A stretch of DNA of 64,000 nt from Trichosphaerium sp. ATCC 40318 (GCA_038496445.1 JALMLS010000585.1:248001-312000); one strand, 5' to 3'; positions 12,996 to 26,573 are shown, counted from the first letter of the stretch. Numbers and translations: made by a program. Notes: a model not told the origin generated them from the letters alone.

Positions 12996-14905
12996 TTACT
13001 CAAACTTGGCTATTTTTTGTTTGAATTCTTCAAAAAGATCATCAAGTTTAACAGGATCAGGTCTTCCTTTCTTCGCATTTCTATCTCGTACATTAACTGT
13101 TGATGTCTTTTCTTCATTACCACCAACAACCAAGATATAATTATACTGATCAACTTGAGCCTGATGAAAAACAAAAACGTCAATACAAAAAAAACATAGA
13201 ATCTCGTACACTTCTAATTCTCTTTCCAAATGTCTCACTTCCTCCATGTATATCCACAAAGTACCCAGCCTTTCTTATTTCTTCTTGTACTTTCTCTGCA
13301 TAGGCGTAGTGTTCAGGTTTTATTGGAATTACTTTAACTTGTCTAGGTGATAGCCAAAAAGGCCATTTTCCGTTTGTATGCTCCATTAAAATAGCCATGA
13401 AGCGTTCAACCGAACCAAAAATAGCACGATGAATCATCACCTAATAGTGAAATGAATAAAAGGGCAAGTATAACAACCAGCAGATCAAAAATCTTTCAAA
13501 CAAAAACAATTAATTTGACATATTTCTTCTTTAATGGTATTGATGTCAGATCGGGTCGTTTAAAAATATCAATTGGGCAATTTAAAGAAAACAGCGGAAG
13601 AGATGTAATTAAGGTCATAACGAGATATTCCGAAATGCCAATAAATAATGTAGTGATTGAAACAAAACAAGAAAAAAGGTGTCTTACCGGTCTTTGTTTT
13701 GTATCATCTTCAGCAATATAGTTCAAATCAAATCTCTCAGGTAAGTTAAAGTCTAATTGTATAGTTCCACATTGATGCTGCCTTTCCAAAGAATCTGTAA
13801 GCACAACATCTATTTTCGGACCATAAAACGCTCCATCTCCAGGGTTGACTTCATAATCAATTTTTCGTATTTCTAATGCTTTTTTAAGAGCAGTCTCAGC
13901 ATCTTCCCATCCTTTTTCATCACCGATTGCTTTCTCTGGACGCGTAGAAAGCCGAACTTTATACTTAAATCCGAAAGATGTATAAACACGTGATAAAAAG
14001 TCTAAGGTATTTGATACTTCATCTTGGACTTGATCTGGTTTACAAAATATATGCGCATCATCCTGACAAAATTGCCTGGAAAGAAATTAGCTTCAACTCA
14101 AAGTCTCAAAACTAAATACTACCTCAATCTTGTGAGACCTGTAAGACCTCCACCAAGCTCATTTCTATGAAGAGGAGAGAAATCTGCAAGACGCAGAGGT
14201 AGATCTCTGTACGAATATGTCGCAGCCTTAAATATCAAAGCATGACCTTAAATAACAAAAAAATTAGAATCTAAAAGAACTTTGTTACAGTACCAGGGCA
14301 ATTCATAGGTTTAATACCAAGTGTAAGTTTCTCGTCAGTATCAGATCTACGTGTATTACTTATATGAAACATATCTTCCTTGTAGTGTGCTGCATGACCC
14401 GATTGTTCCCAGAGTTTCCAATCATAAAGAATTGGAGATTTTACTTCTTGGTATCCTCTTGTGTTGTATTCTGACCTTATCATGTCTATAAGACCATTGT
14501 ATATACGCGTTCCGTGAGGTAAGAAGAATGCTCTAGATAATACATGTTACAGATAGAAGTGAAACGAATTGCAAAGGCTTCTGTTCATTTGACACTTTTT
14601 TTTTCCGTTTTTGCAGAAATGATTCTCACGTACGAGCCAGGTGATAACGGGTGAAACATGAAAAGTTTTTGTCGTTTACCGATACTTCTGTAGTCATTTT
14701 CTGGGACTACAACAAGAATGTCATGTTTAAAAACGTGTGAAGTGGTAAATTGTTTGCTTCCTTTATTTTAGGCTTTAAATTAGTACGTACGTTCTTCTTC
14801 AGCGTCAACAACTGTTTTGCACCCATTTCTGATTACTTTTGGTTGAATTTTCGTATTAACGCGCCTAGACGCTGATCTGAGCGTAAATTGCGCGATTTTG
14901 AGCAT
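12996..14905 (-). CDS. thrS: Threonyl-tRNA synthetase, probably mitochondrial (transit-peptide-like N-terminus, no editing domain)
   Basis: Spliced motifs [66 protein letters not shown] and [21 protein letters not shown], followed by the anticodon-binding domain. Confidence 0.95.
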
Positions 14906-15119
14906 TCTGAACTGAAGTTAAATTAAATATGATAACAGAGCCTATTTGGATGAATTAGTGTCTGAAACTTACATAAACTAGCAAATGCGTGTATAGTGAG
15001 GTCAGCGGTCAACCCAAACAGCCCTCTGACACAAACATTAAGCGAACGTGCATTCTTATGACCAATCACTTAATAACACAGAAACGTGCACCTTCTTAGA
15101 ACTACCAACAACAATACAC

Positions 15120-17205
15120 ATGGAGCAGGTAAGAGTTGTTTGACGCGAATCTTGATAACACGAATTACGTTAGGGTGACGTACATGATAGTACAAGCGCT
15201 GTAAAGGCATGGTTAGCGTCAATTAACCTATCTTCGTACTCGGAGATGTTAATTGAGAACGGTAATTACAATACTCACAAAATACGTCCAAACTGACGGC
15301 AAAAGGCTACGATAACATGGAGATTTTCAAACGTTTGAACGAGAACGATCTTAGAGAGTTTGGAATTAAGCTCGGACACATTAGAAAAATACAACACGAG
15401 GCAGAAAAGATCTCTCTATCAACGCCAGATGTCAGTAAAAAAGAAAAACTGTACGTGAAATTTCGTTACAGTAACGCCTTACTTCGACATCTATCTGACG
15501 TTTTCTAAGAGCCAGTAAGCCAAAGAAACCAAAGAAAGCTCCAAACTCAGCTCCTATAGAACGTCGTTCCCTACCACAGTGTATGACCCTTTTTTTCTCA
15601 ATATAGTTAAACGAAAAAATTAACAAGATTTTTTTTCATCACAGGGCACTTGGAGCGTGCTAAATGCTGTCCCTCAACGCATGCCAAGAAATCACGTAAA
15701 AATAGAAAGAGAGATCCACTTTCTCTATTATTAGTAAGACATGGACACTCAGAAGCAAATGCAGGTAAGATTTGGACACAAGTTGTTTTTTTTGGTAAAA
15801 AATTGAAAGAACTCGCGTTTTTTTACGCTTGAATCTGTTTTAACTATGTCATTAGACCCGTCTCTTTATACTAAGCTTGCTGATAATGTAATACGATTAT
15901 CTGACAAGGGAAGAGAACAAGCAAGAGCTGCAGGAAAACGTATAAGGGAATACTATGAGTATGTACTTGAAACTTTTTTATTCTCTTTTCAACCTCTCCC
16001 TTTGTTACTTCTTTGGTATTTATTGAATTATAGAAATTTGCATGGACGTCTTCCCCCAAAAGATTGGCTATGTTGTATATGTACAAGTCCATATAAACGT
16101 GCAGCAGAGACAACGGATCTTATTATGCAGGAAGCTGGACGTATGGAAATTAAACAAACTGATTTTTTTTCTTCTCCACTGTATTTGTTCTAAGTTGCTT
16201 TTAGCATGGATAACAAGTAAAAGAGAACAAGTATGTTTTATAGAGCAACAGTTTGGTCTATTCGAAGGTGTAGATTGGTCTTCACAGGAACTAGAAAAAG
16301 GTTTATAGTAACATGGTCTTCCTATTGATGATATTTACTTTTTTCCTAGAATACGAAAAAGAGATTGCTTACTACCGTGTACGCTTTAAACGGCCTATGC
16401 TAAAATCTTTTTCCAAAAATGCATATGAGTGACAATTTCTTTAGAAAATGAGCAAGTTCGGTGGCCGTTTCTATGCACGTGTGCCTTTGGGAGGTACTTT
16501 GGTATTTTTTGGTTTTGCAAAGTAAAGTTCTTTTTTTAGAGTCAAGGTTTGATGTTTGCTTGCGTGTATATCAGGCATTTGGTACGGTAAAACATAGTAC
16601 CATATCTTGACATAGAATAGGATCTATACACAGGGACGCATGTGATGGTGTTAGCAATCAAATCATCGTGAGGTGAGTTACCTTTAAGCTTTGTATAATA
16701 TTCTAACTTTGTTGTTTAAAGCCATGGAGTTACAATGAGGGTATGTAATTAACTTCTTATTGCTTGATATATTATTCACCATTACTAATTAACAAAGGCT
16801 ATTATAATGATGTGGCAGCATAAAACTCCTGAGCACGTGAAAAAATCAAAATAAGAAAACTGTTTTTTTCTAATATTTTCATCAAAGGTGGTTTGAAGAG
16901 AGTGCTAATCCAAGTAATTGTGCAATATACGAGATAAAAGAAGACCCTTTAACAAGAGAGTACGTTTCCTCAACTTTTGTAACTCAATTGTACATACAGC
17001 ACCAGGAAGAAGCTGAAACTTTTCTTTAAATGCTAGCTTGTGTTCTTTTAACTAACCCTACAATAGATATAAGGAGAGACACTTATGGGAGCCGCCAAAG
17101 GAAAAAAGTACAGGAGCAGAAGATACAAACCCCGAAGAAGAGGTTGATTTACTAAATAAGATTCCTATGGCAGCCGGCAGGAAATCTCTGACTTCAACAT
17201 GGTAA
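15120..17205 (+). CDS. SAM domain + histidine phosphatase (PGM-like) fusion, many small exons
   Basis: SAM: WLASINLSSY..NGYDN..DLREFGIKLGHIRKI. Phosphatase: LVRHGHSEAN, TSPYKRA, EQQFG, GESRFDV, VSHGVTMR, NPSNC. Confidence 0.85.
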
Positions 17206-17331
17206 TCAAAACAAGAAACAACCATAAAATAAAATTGACAAGATTGATCAACTGAATTAGTTTATTTTTATTTGAGTCATGTGGATAGTATCCAAAAGTG
17301 GCCTGTGAAGTATGAGAATATTTGAAGGGTG

Positions 17332-18565
17332 TCAGAACATCAGTCCATCACGTGCTTCTTTATCTGGTTCCAATACTTCAAAATTACGATGAAACTAAAA
17401 AAATAGTCTCAGTATTTGACCGTTTTATGGAATGAGGTAACAAAATATGTGTATTTAAAAACCTCAACACTTCAAGCTTACTTTGATACTGGGTGTCTTT
17501 GACTTTATATCTCCAACTATGACTTCTTTGTTAACAAGCTTATTCTCCAGTAGCTCATCAACATGTTTTCTAACTGCACTTTGATGATCTTGTCCGCTGT
17601 ATACTCTATTCTTCCAAGTTGTTAAAACAACTATTTCATCATTTGTTACAGTCACCAAACCAATTGAATGTGCTCAATTGTTTTATCAGCTACGAGTTCT
17701 TGTTGCTTACTAATTTCTTTGGCTTACCTTGTTCTTCATAGTATTCGTAAATGGTTAGTGTGAGATGTTGAAAATAACGTTGTCCTTTGCAAACATAATC
17801 AGTCCAGTAATAAATAAACAAGTGGTTTAACTCCGTTGAAGGTCTTTCAACAGAGATTGAAAACCCTACTTTAAGAAAACTCAGGCTTGACAGACATACC
17901 AAGAGGTAATAGCCTTATTTTACCCAAATCTATTTGTTCACCCTGCCATTCTATTGCGCATCTATAAAAACTTAGAAAAAAGGTAAGTTAACTTGCAAAG
18001 CACCTTTCTTCAACTGCTTTTACATGTTTTAGTGACAATGGGAAGTAAATCATCATTTCTGGTATAGAAGCATATTCCATCCACATTGGAACATAAGCAC
18101 CTTTTGTGAGATCCTTATAGCGTCCAACTATCTTGTCAAGAGCGACATCTTTCAAATAAATGCTCTTCCAACATGAAGACTCTGTTCTATTTTTATGTGT
18201 TTCATTGAAGCCTTAAAATAGTAAATATTAGTGGTTTGGTTTAGCTACTATTACTAGATCATACTTGCGCTCTCAATGCAGTTCAGTATTTCCTCTCTTT
18301 TTTCGTCATAAAGTTTGTTTTTTGCTAACTTTTTGGCTTGTTGTAGTCGTTGAAGCCACCTTCTCTCGCATTTTGCTTTCCAGACGCTTGGGTGGTTATT
18401 TATATCTCTAAAACGTTTACAAACCTAAATACGTGTTACCAAGGCGTAGATCGCTTGAGAGTTATAGTCACGCACGTGGGAGCAAGCGGTCGAAATATCA
18501 TGTAAGTATTCAAATACAATGAACCAAACATCTGTAGGTATAGTTGGTTCGTTATTGAGCTCCAT
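17332..18565 (-). CDS. F-box protein with unknown C-terminal domain, multi-exon
   Basis: MELNNEPTIPTDVWFIVFEYL..|VCKRFRDINNHPSVWKAKC is a canonical F-box. The 3' end is approximate. Confidence 0.7.
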
Positions 18566-18798
18566 TGGTGTTAATTATTAGCGCACTTGTGCATGTTGTT
18601 TCGCAATAAGTCAGATGAGCGGTCTTATCCATTTCCAAAGGAACGTACCATCTTGGGACATAACACACCAATACTAATATAACTCTTACGGCAATGTTTG
18701 GGTCAAGGTACAGAGATGTGTTCCGCTGACGTCGCTTTTTCACTGAATTAATGTTTAAAACTTCTTTTTGCCTTCGTTTAACCCACAACGCATCTACT

Positions 18799-19981
18799 AT
18801 GGGTAACACGCTCGCAAGTATGTTCAGTTATGCACCAGAGAATAGTCGGATATTCTTACATGGTTTAGATGATTCTGGAAAGGTACTACAGCGTGTTAGT
18901 GCGAATAGCGCTTCTTTTGCTATAAAAAAACGCTCTCATTAGCTCGCCATTGCACAAGTTGCTGCAACCGTTTGTGCGCATACTCACGTGCTGTTTTTTT
19001 GTAGACAACATTGTTGTACAAGCTTAAAGTACGAGAAACGCCAGAGATTATTTTTTTTGACCTTCGAAAATCAGATGGGTGAAATTGTGACAACATCGCC
19101 GACTGTAGGGTTCAACGTTGAAACAGTTCAATACAAAAATACTGAATTCGTATCATTGAGCATTGGTACGTATAATAATAATCTTCAATCCAAAAAAGCC
19201 GAACTAAGTTCTTTGTTAACAAGGTGGGAGACTAATGGCACGTGATATAATTTTGCGTGAAAATTGTACCAATTCCCTGTAATTTTATTTGTTGTCGGTC
19301 TAGTAATATGACCTGTGTGATGAGTAAGAAGTTGATGTGATGAACAGCGTTAGATAAAGAAATATGTCATCTGTAGCAATTAACAACTGAAATACTTACA
19401 TACTGTGTTCTGGATGCGAAGATTGGTGCGGTATTATTATAGAAAAGGTACATGGGATAGCTTGATTGTAACTATCTAACATAGCATCTAAGGAGTGTCT
19501 GGTTTGATATACATCTTGGATTCAAGCAACAAGACACGTTTGACAGAGTTAAAGTATGAAATAGACAAAAATACTGAGTACTTCAAAGAAGAATTTAAAG
19601 GTATTCCAGTTCTCATACTTGCAAACAAGCAAGGTACATGCTATTTGAAAACTCAATTATGTTCTAACATTCATGTGTAATAGACTTACCAAATGCAATG
19701 AGTGTTTTAGAGGCAAGTACTTTACAACATGACAGTTTTCTTTTTGTTTCAAACGTTTCTAAGCCTTCTTCAAGATTGTGGAGGGTTTGGGTCTCTATAG
19801 CCGTTCTGGTAAATGGTTCATTCAAGAATGTTCTGCTTTGTCAGGCGAGGGAGTTCATGAGGTATAAATATTAGCTAATTTAGAACTGTGTAATTGACTT
19901 ACCAAACAGGGCTTGGATTGGCTGAATAATCAAATGAAACAATGTACACCTTATAGGTACACAAAACCAGAACATGCTTAG
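18799..19981 (+). CDS. Divergent Arf-family small GTPase
   Basis: MG myristoylation start, GLDDSGKTTLLYKLK, PTVGFNVETV, LIYILDS, LILANKQD, IQECSALSGEGVHEGLDWL. Switch II is degenerate and one splice junction is unresolved. Confidence 0.85.
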
Positions 19982-20439
19982 TATTTAGATAAATAAAAAA
20001 ACTTTATTTGCAACATGCCGTGTTAGGTTTAGACTAAGTTCTTGTTTCCTTACAAAAATCCTTATGGATGTGTTACAAAAGCTTGTCTTAAACTGTATTG
20101 CAAGGCTTGAAGCCTTATCAGTATATCTGTGCTTGTACCTTTGAGCGCTCTGAACTTTCATCATTCACTTGACTACAGCTTTGAATGCCACCAGCCAGTG
20201 CTTTTAAGCCTCCATTTGTCTACAATGACTGATAACAATATACTAACTGATTAATTTTCAAATCACCATCGTGAATTATCAGCCACGATTGAGCAACATA
20301 AAATCTATCCTCGGCATCCTTCAAAGTTTAGTGAGTATTGTTAACCTACATACTGTGATGTTGTAAGCAAATTATTTCGCTTTTATTTTCCCGATTTATT
20401 TACCATCAACTTACGCTTTGTGCACAACGAACTATTGGA

Positions 20440-20946
20440 ATGAAAGCAGTGCCAACAGCTTCAAAGTCAGTAGTGTACATGTTTACGATGGCAGAGAGAT
20501 TGAAACATAATTATTATCATAAAGAGACATCAGACAGTTTAGATGCTATGAAGAAAGTATCTTCTTCTAGGTCTCTTCTCTGCAGATTTAAGAAATTAGG
20601 CGATAATATACAAACCTCTGAGCCTTTGTTGGCTAGGATGTATGTGTTCTTGTTGTATTACAGTAATAATGAGAAAAACGAATTAATCGGATTTATCAAA
20701 GAACTACTGTTGTATTTGAGGACTAACAAAATCTCCCTTAGCAGAAGGGACCAACAAGACAAAGCTCATATGCTTTTATTTGGGATAATCATGATCGGCA
20801 GTTTTTTGAAGCGAAACAAAAATATTGTTCGACATGAACGTGATTTCACGAAATACATACACTATCGTCACTTTGTGATGAGCTCACGCCATACTATTGG
20901 GAAAAACAAACGCCACAGCGCTGAAAGCCATCTATTTACTGAGTAA
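20440..20946 (+). CDS. Hypothetical protein, 168 aa, intronless
   Basis: Long ORF in AT-rich context; no recognisable motif. Confidence 0.45.
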   Translation: MKAVPTASKSVVYMFTMAERLKHNYYHKETSDSLDAMKKVSSSRSLLCRFKKLGDNIQTSEPLLARMYVFLLYYSNNEKNELIGFIKELLLYLRTNKISLSRRDQQDKAHMLLFGIIMIGSFLKRNKNIVRHERDFTKYIHYRHFVMSSRHTIGKNKRHSAESHLFTE

Positions 20947-21348
20947 CGGCGTTCCATGAGTCGTTTTCAGGGTTTAGTCAGAATTTCTCTGTTTTTGCTC
21001 TACGTAAAACATGACTGTAATTAGTCTTATTGTTTTAACAACGCAACCTTACTGCGTCGCCAATGGTTTTCCTTCAGTATAATCCACTTTTAGTTATGTA
21101 AATAAAATAAAAAAAAAACAAGAGTAAGTGTATCTTGATAATATTATTGGTCACGTGATTAAAACTAAAACGCGACAAAAAAAAGTATCGAAGTCTCGAA
21201 ACAAAAAATCAAAATAACATTTCCCAATCAGAAGCGACTTTTACACAAGTAGACGCGTATAGATACAGACTAAAGACAAAAGGGAAAAAATAATACGCCG
21301 GTGTAGTAAGTGAACAAGTTTTTATTTTTTTTATGTTGGAAAAACAGC

Positions 21349-21912
21349 TTAGGAAGCAAGTGTAGTAGATTCAGTACAAAGGTGAGGCCACCCATAATCG
21401 TAGGTAATACCAGACCAACTGGGGCTTAAATTGAAATCTTTGCACTCCCCGCGGTCCATAAACCATAACATTTGCCTGTTGCAATCGGTGCAAAAATTAT
21501 CGCAAACTACATTAGGATAGGTTCCAACGCATTTGAAAAGGTCTAAATGTCTAAGAGGTGCACCGTATGTTTGGTGTGATACCCATCGCGCCTTCCAAGG
21601 TTGGGGTGGATTATCTCTACCAGGAGCGCAATCCATATACTCAAAGAACTCTGAATCTGGAGTGGGTTGAGCAGAATAGTAGCCGTTGTGTGGAACTATG
21701 AACCCACTAAAAAGAGCTCTCGTTGAAACGCCATATCCAGGGCATTCTGATGGAAAAATGAGTCTACCTTCTGCTGGGTTGTGAGAATCAGCCTGAATCC
21801 CTGTTGTACATGCACCGTCTGATGCGAAGGGCATTACGCCTGTAGGATTGCCGGTACACGCGTGAGATACTGATACGTATAGGGCCAGTAATAGAACCAA
21901 TAGTACGCGCAT
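21349..21912 (-). CDS. Secreted Cys/Pro/Gly-rich protein, 187 aa, intronless
   Basis: Clear signal peptide, 10 Cys in the mature part, elevated GC, followed by an A-rich 3' region. Confidence 0.8.
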   Translation of the reverse strand: MRVLLVLLLALYVSVSHACTGNPTGVMPFASDGACTTGIQADSHNPAEGRLIFPSECPGYGVSTRALFSGFIVPHNGYYSAQPTPDSEFFEYMDCAPGRDNPPQPWKARWVSHQTYGAPLRHLDLFKCVGTYPNVVCDNFCTDCNRQMLWFMDRGECKDFNLSPSWSGITYDYGWPHLCTESTTLAS

Positions 21913-23754
21913 TTCGTTTGTTGTAAGGAGAAGGTGCGTTGTTAGTTGTTTGTTTACTTTAATGTTTTTTTGGAAGTTTTCTTAAGCGTTCTCGCTAGCG
22001 TTAGTGCACGATAACAAAGTTTGTGAAACATAACGCTACCATTTTTTCCGGCCTGTATTTTATGTGTTAGTAAAATAATTCTCTATATGGTGAAGCCTTT
22101 AATTCTTCTTCCAAAAAAAAATCCAAAAAAAAAAAAAAAAAGAATTGAAAAACATTGTTGCGGTAAGGTAGTAGTTTATTAAACGCGCGTTGTACGAGTG
22201 GCGTTTAAACATATAGCGTATTTTAGCTTTGGTGAATCTAAAGATTGAACAAACTTTTGTATGCAATTCTTAAACCACAAACTCGAACGAGTCCGTTATT
22301 AAATCGTCAACGACGCCTGCGTTAGCGCTTACCTAAGTGTTCCAGCAATTTCCGAGAGAATTGCGACTATTACGCTTCAAAACCTTCGAAAACGGTTTAA
22401 AACAGTCACGTGATTAATTATAAATGTTTTACGTAAACGAAAAAAACTGGAAACCAAAACGGAAGGCCTCAGCAGAATTGCAGTTTACCTTTTTTTTGGT
22501 TAAGGTAAAAACCTTGTTAGACCCTCTCCCTGCATTTGTTTCAAGCAATATTAGGTCCTCGGGATACGAAGGACAAACGTAGAAACGCTCGTAAAAACAA
22601 AACGCGAAAAAAAAAAAAAACTATTAAAAAAGTGCACTTACCTAATGCGTTCATAAAACGCGCTTTACAAAGCCAGTTGTTTGCACTACCAAATCATTTT
22701 TATGCAATCTCGTCCTATCCCGGTACAAGTCTGTTTTGGGCGAAGTGCAGTATTTTCAAACAAAATATTGGCTTCTTGTTCTTTGTGTTCTTTTTATTCT
22801 TATAACGTTATTAGTTTTTTAATATGCTGTTTAAAACATACATCACGTGACGTGACAGGTAACGTACTATTATAATTTTTGTATTACCACAAGGAAATTT
22901 CTCCTAACACAACGTAATAGCGGAGAAAATAATTAGCGTTATGAAAACGAGCAAAGCTTGTAGTAGTTGGTACCTTGTTCAGATCTATTTCCCAAAACTA
23001 CACTGTGTCGCATATGTATGCTTTATATAATGCAGGTGGATCAACGAAAAGCCAATCAGAATAAATAAGGTGAGCGCACATCTATAATACTGCACTTTGT
23101 TTTAATCTCGCTATAATCGGAATACTCAAGTTAAACGGTTTTTTTTGTTCTAGTTGTGCAAATGTTACGCTCTCAAGCATCATTAACACCTGTTGTAGGG
23201 TTTTAGCGAAACCACATGAAAAAATTTAAAAAAACGTTTCGTTTGTTTTGGGAACTATTTTACGCGCTGGGCACGTGATTTTTAGTACTAAGTTACTGCA
23301 CCAAAGAGAAAAAAAAAAGTAGCGTACACTTTGCGCTCATATCTTTGAACAACGCCTGTTTTTGACACTACTATGTCAAGTAAGGAGAATGCAGCTGTTT
23401 ATAACCTTTTCGCGAACATGTATTTTTTTTTCATTTGGGAACAGGTTTACGCAGGCTAACCACTTGTACCTTTCATCGCATTACTTCTATTCATACAATT
23501 GTAGGATATGAAAACACATACCCAACAGAGATCTAAAAACACGCCAGCGCTCTTCCACATATCAAAACGATGAATAAAAGTTTCTGGCCGTTCGTAAGAT
23601 TAGTCTTGGGGTTTCTGAATCTACCTGCTACGAACGTCAATCAAATCACTAGCTAGTGCATACCATTAGTGGTAGCGGACGGTACAACACCTTTTTTCCA
23701 AAAGGAATCAAATGAATAGTCTTCATTTCTTGTGAATACACCAGTTCGCCTTCA

Positions 23755-25794
23755 TCACGACCCTATGGTCGTATGCTCTGTAATGAAACAGACTTCATCA
23801 CTATAAACAGAGCGCTTCGAAACAGAAAAAATGGACAGGGACGTCCCTATCGTTTTCACCTTGGACGACGCCAATGCATAGATATGGCCGATCGATATAT
23901 CTGTGATAAGTGTTTTTAATAAAGGGGTGCTTTGAGACATTTTGAAAGATGCACCAAGAAACCAAAAATTGAAAGAGCCAGCTTGCAGTGTTATGTCCCT
24001 GATACGCTAAAACAAATTCACATGTAGTTTTAGCTATCACGTGTTTTTTACCCAGCTAGCCTGGCATGTCCATCTCCAAATGTCATATTTGACCGACGCA
24101 TTCTTTGGAGATTGTGAGGATGTACTCCAAATTCAATATTTAGTAAAACGGTGCATCAACGCTCATGTTATTTGCGAGTTTGACAAACTTTCTGAATTTG
24201 CTAGAATTAGGTTACTGTTTATTGCATGAACGTTAACGGGTGACACAACAGGTGAGAACATGTCCGTTAGCCGTGAGGTAATTGCATCCTTTAACAGCGC
24301 AAGACATTTATAATACTCGTAGTATCTCATTGGCACTATTAGTTCTTGCAAGGTGTTTACATCTTTTTAAAACAATGATAAGAATCAAATCATTTTGGTT
24401 AAAATTAATCAGTTTATTCATAAAGCTAGACGTATTGTTGACAACAATGTCACATATACTCGCTCATATCTGCAATAATACCTGTAGCTTTTCTTGCTTT
24501 ATGACTTGTAATTTTTATGCTATCATATGCACTGTCAAGAGCAACAAAGAAATACCATTTTTTCTTTCTTTTATTTTTCTTACTTTTTGGCAGTGGAAAC
24601 CTCACTAGGAATAAATATTATATTCATTTCAAGGAAAGCACAAGTCTTGTACCAACTTCATATCTATTAAGGTAGAAAGAAACTTGCTTTTTATCAAGTT
24701 CTAAACAAACGCCTACCATGTCTCCTTCATTAAAAACAATCTCATTCTGAGTAGTTGCAGTACATTTCCCCATCCATTCAAAAGTTGTTACTTTCAGCTC
24801 ACTACAGAAAAAGATTAAGAAACACAATTGCAATTTGAAGAAAGTTCTGGCTGGCATTCAATTTTTATAAACTGACTCTTTTCAATTACCCGTCATAAAA
24901 GGCAATAGTGCTTGAGTGATTTTGAACATTTACATTCTTCTATCATAAAATGGGTTAGCTGCAGGTAAAAAACAAACAGGACAGTATTCGCCATTATGTT
25001 GAATTTCAAACAAGTTTTCTAGATTTTGAATTGGACACTTTTTTTATTGTACCTTTGATAAAGCCCTTCTATTGTTAGTGACACCAATCCACATGTCATC
25101 TTCTTTGTTATTTATATGAAACTCTATATATTTATTTTCCTGACCAATGGATGGAAGCACAATAGACACTACTGGGCCACTTTGAGATTTTCTTCTTGAA
25201 ACTCTTCTACTTGGCTTCTTCAAATGATAATATAGAGAATCTCTATTTAAAGTAGAATCGAATCTAGGGGTTGAAATCTATTGTAATATTAGTGTATGAA
25301 GCAATAAGAAAGAATGGGTATTCTAGAGTCTCTGCTTGAGATGAATTGAACTTTTCTTCCATGAACTGACAAAAAATTTTCGATGTTGACTGTTGTTGGA
25401 GTTCACGTATGTACATGTTTTTCCAAACGTGCTACCTATTTTACATAGACGTACCATAGATTTATAGTAATTCTTCCATGACATTCCATCCTTTCTTTTA
25501 GTTTTTAGTGGAGATAAAAAACCTACAATATTGTTTGTGTTGGAATCCATCAAAGAAAAAATAAAAAGAGGTGAGTTTGTCGTATACTTTCACACAATGA
25601 CCGCCATTTGTTATCATCATTTGATATATTGTACCAGTACTTTGATACTACCATAGTTTTTGGTAATACGTGACCTGGTAGAAAGCCAATGATGATTAAC
25701 TGTATTTCGGGTGGCAAACCTTTGTTATTGGCTTAAAAAAGTTGTATTTGTGCCGATGGTCAGCGTACTTGCGAAATCCATGCTTGGCTACCAT
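23755..25794 (-). CDS. F-box + SPRY(B30.2)-domain protein, multi-exon (3' end uncertain; may stop near 24163)
   Basis: F-box LPPEIQLIIIGFL..VVSKYWYNISNDDNKWRSLC. SPRY motifs YIEFHI..MWIGV and GDMVGVCLELDKKQVSFYLN. Confidence 0.75.
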
Positions 25795-26173
25795 TGTTCA
25801 ATGTCAAGAGTATTCACCTACGATTTGCGAGTTATTTTTAGCGAATCAGTTAACGATTTACCGCTGAGCTGGAAACCGGTTTTTAAGACGTGGCGTTTAC
25901 TAAACGTGTTCACTCTTTTAAGTGGCATTTGTATTGGCGTTTCATGCCTATCTCGTTCTCTATAAAACGATATGGTAAACACTCCAGCTCGTTGTTGAAG
26001 TCCGAAATTCAGTGATTTTACAAAGTTTTCGCAGAAGTTAAACGAAAAACTAACGTTTTTTGACGAATTTTTCATTTACATTTTGTGCTACCAAGGGCAA
26101 TGCGAGGCACAAGTTAAAAACAAATAACATTGCTAGTATCAGCTACGTTCGGGTGCATGTAGAGAGCAGTCAC

Positions 26174-26573
26174 ATGAATGAAAAAAGTAGTTCCAAGGTG
26201 TTTTTTGATTGGAAACCTTTTACGAAATGCTCTGATAATCCGACAAACCCCAAGCAAGCCAGTGTAATAAAACTGAAGCCGTATGTTGCGGAGTACGTTC
26301 AGGTTGCCCCAATCTAACAAGTTAACAGATACTAGCCCTCCACAAGATAAGAAATCTCAAAGTGAAGTGACGGTTTTAAGGCAGCCTTCGGAGCTATTAC
26401 TACAAGCTATTAAGTCGAGAAGAAAAGAATTGTCAAGGATGAACCGACTAAATCCCTTTAAGAATGATGTTCCGAGGTTTACAAGGCTTAGTGGATTCAA
26501 GAAAAAAGTAAAGAGCAGGACAGAACACAGATACTCTTTGAGAGTCCAAACGATAACTGCACCAAAAAAATAA
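26174..26573 (+). CDS. Small basic hypothetical protein (2 exons predicted)
   Basis: ORFs 26060-26317 and 26283-26573 join in frame through a GTATGT..TAG intron. AATAAA overlaps the stop. Weak WH2-like LLQAIKSRRKEL. Confidence 0.4.

Noticed and set aside
19238-19413. U12-type AT-AC intron in the Arf gene
   Set aside because: No ATATCCTT/GTATCCTT donor or TCCTTAAC branch site.
22100-22630. Poly-A/T tracts and ORF 22536-22805
   Set aside because: Low-complexity intergenic sequence; the Lys-rich ORF arises from A-runs, with no TSD or transposon hallmarks.
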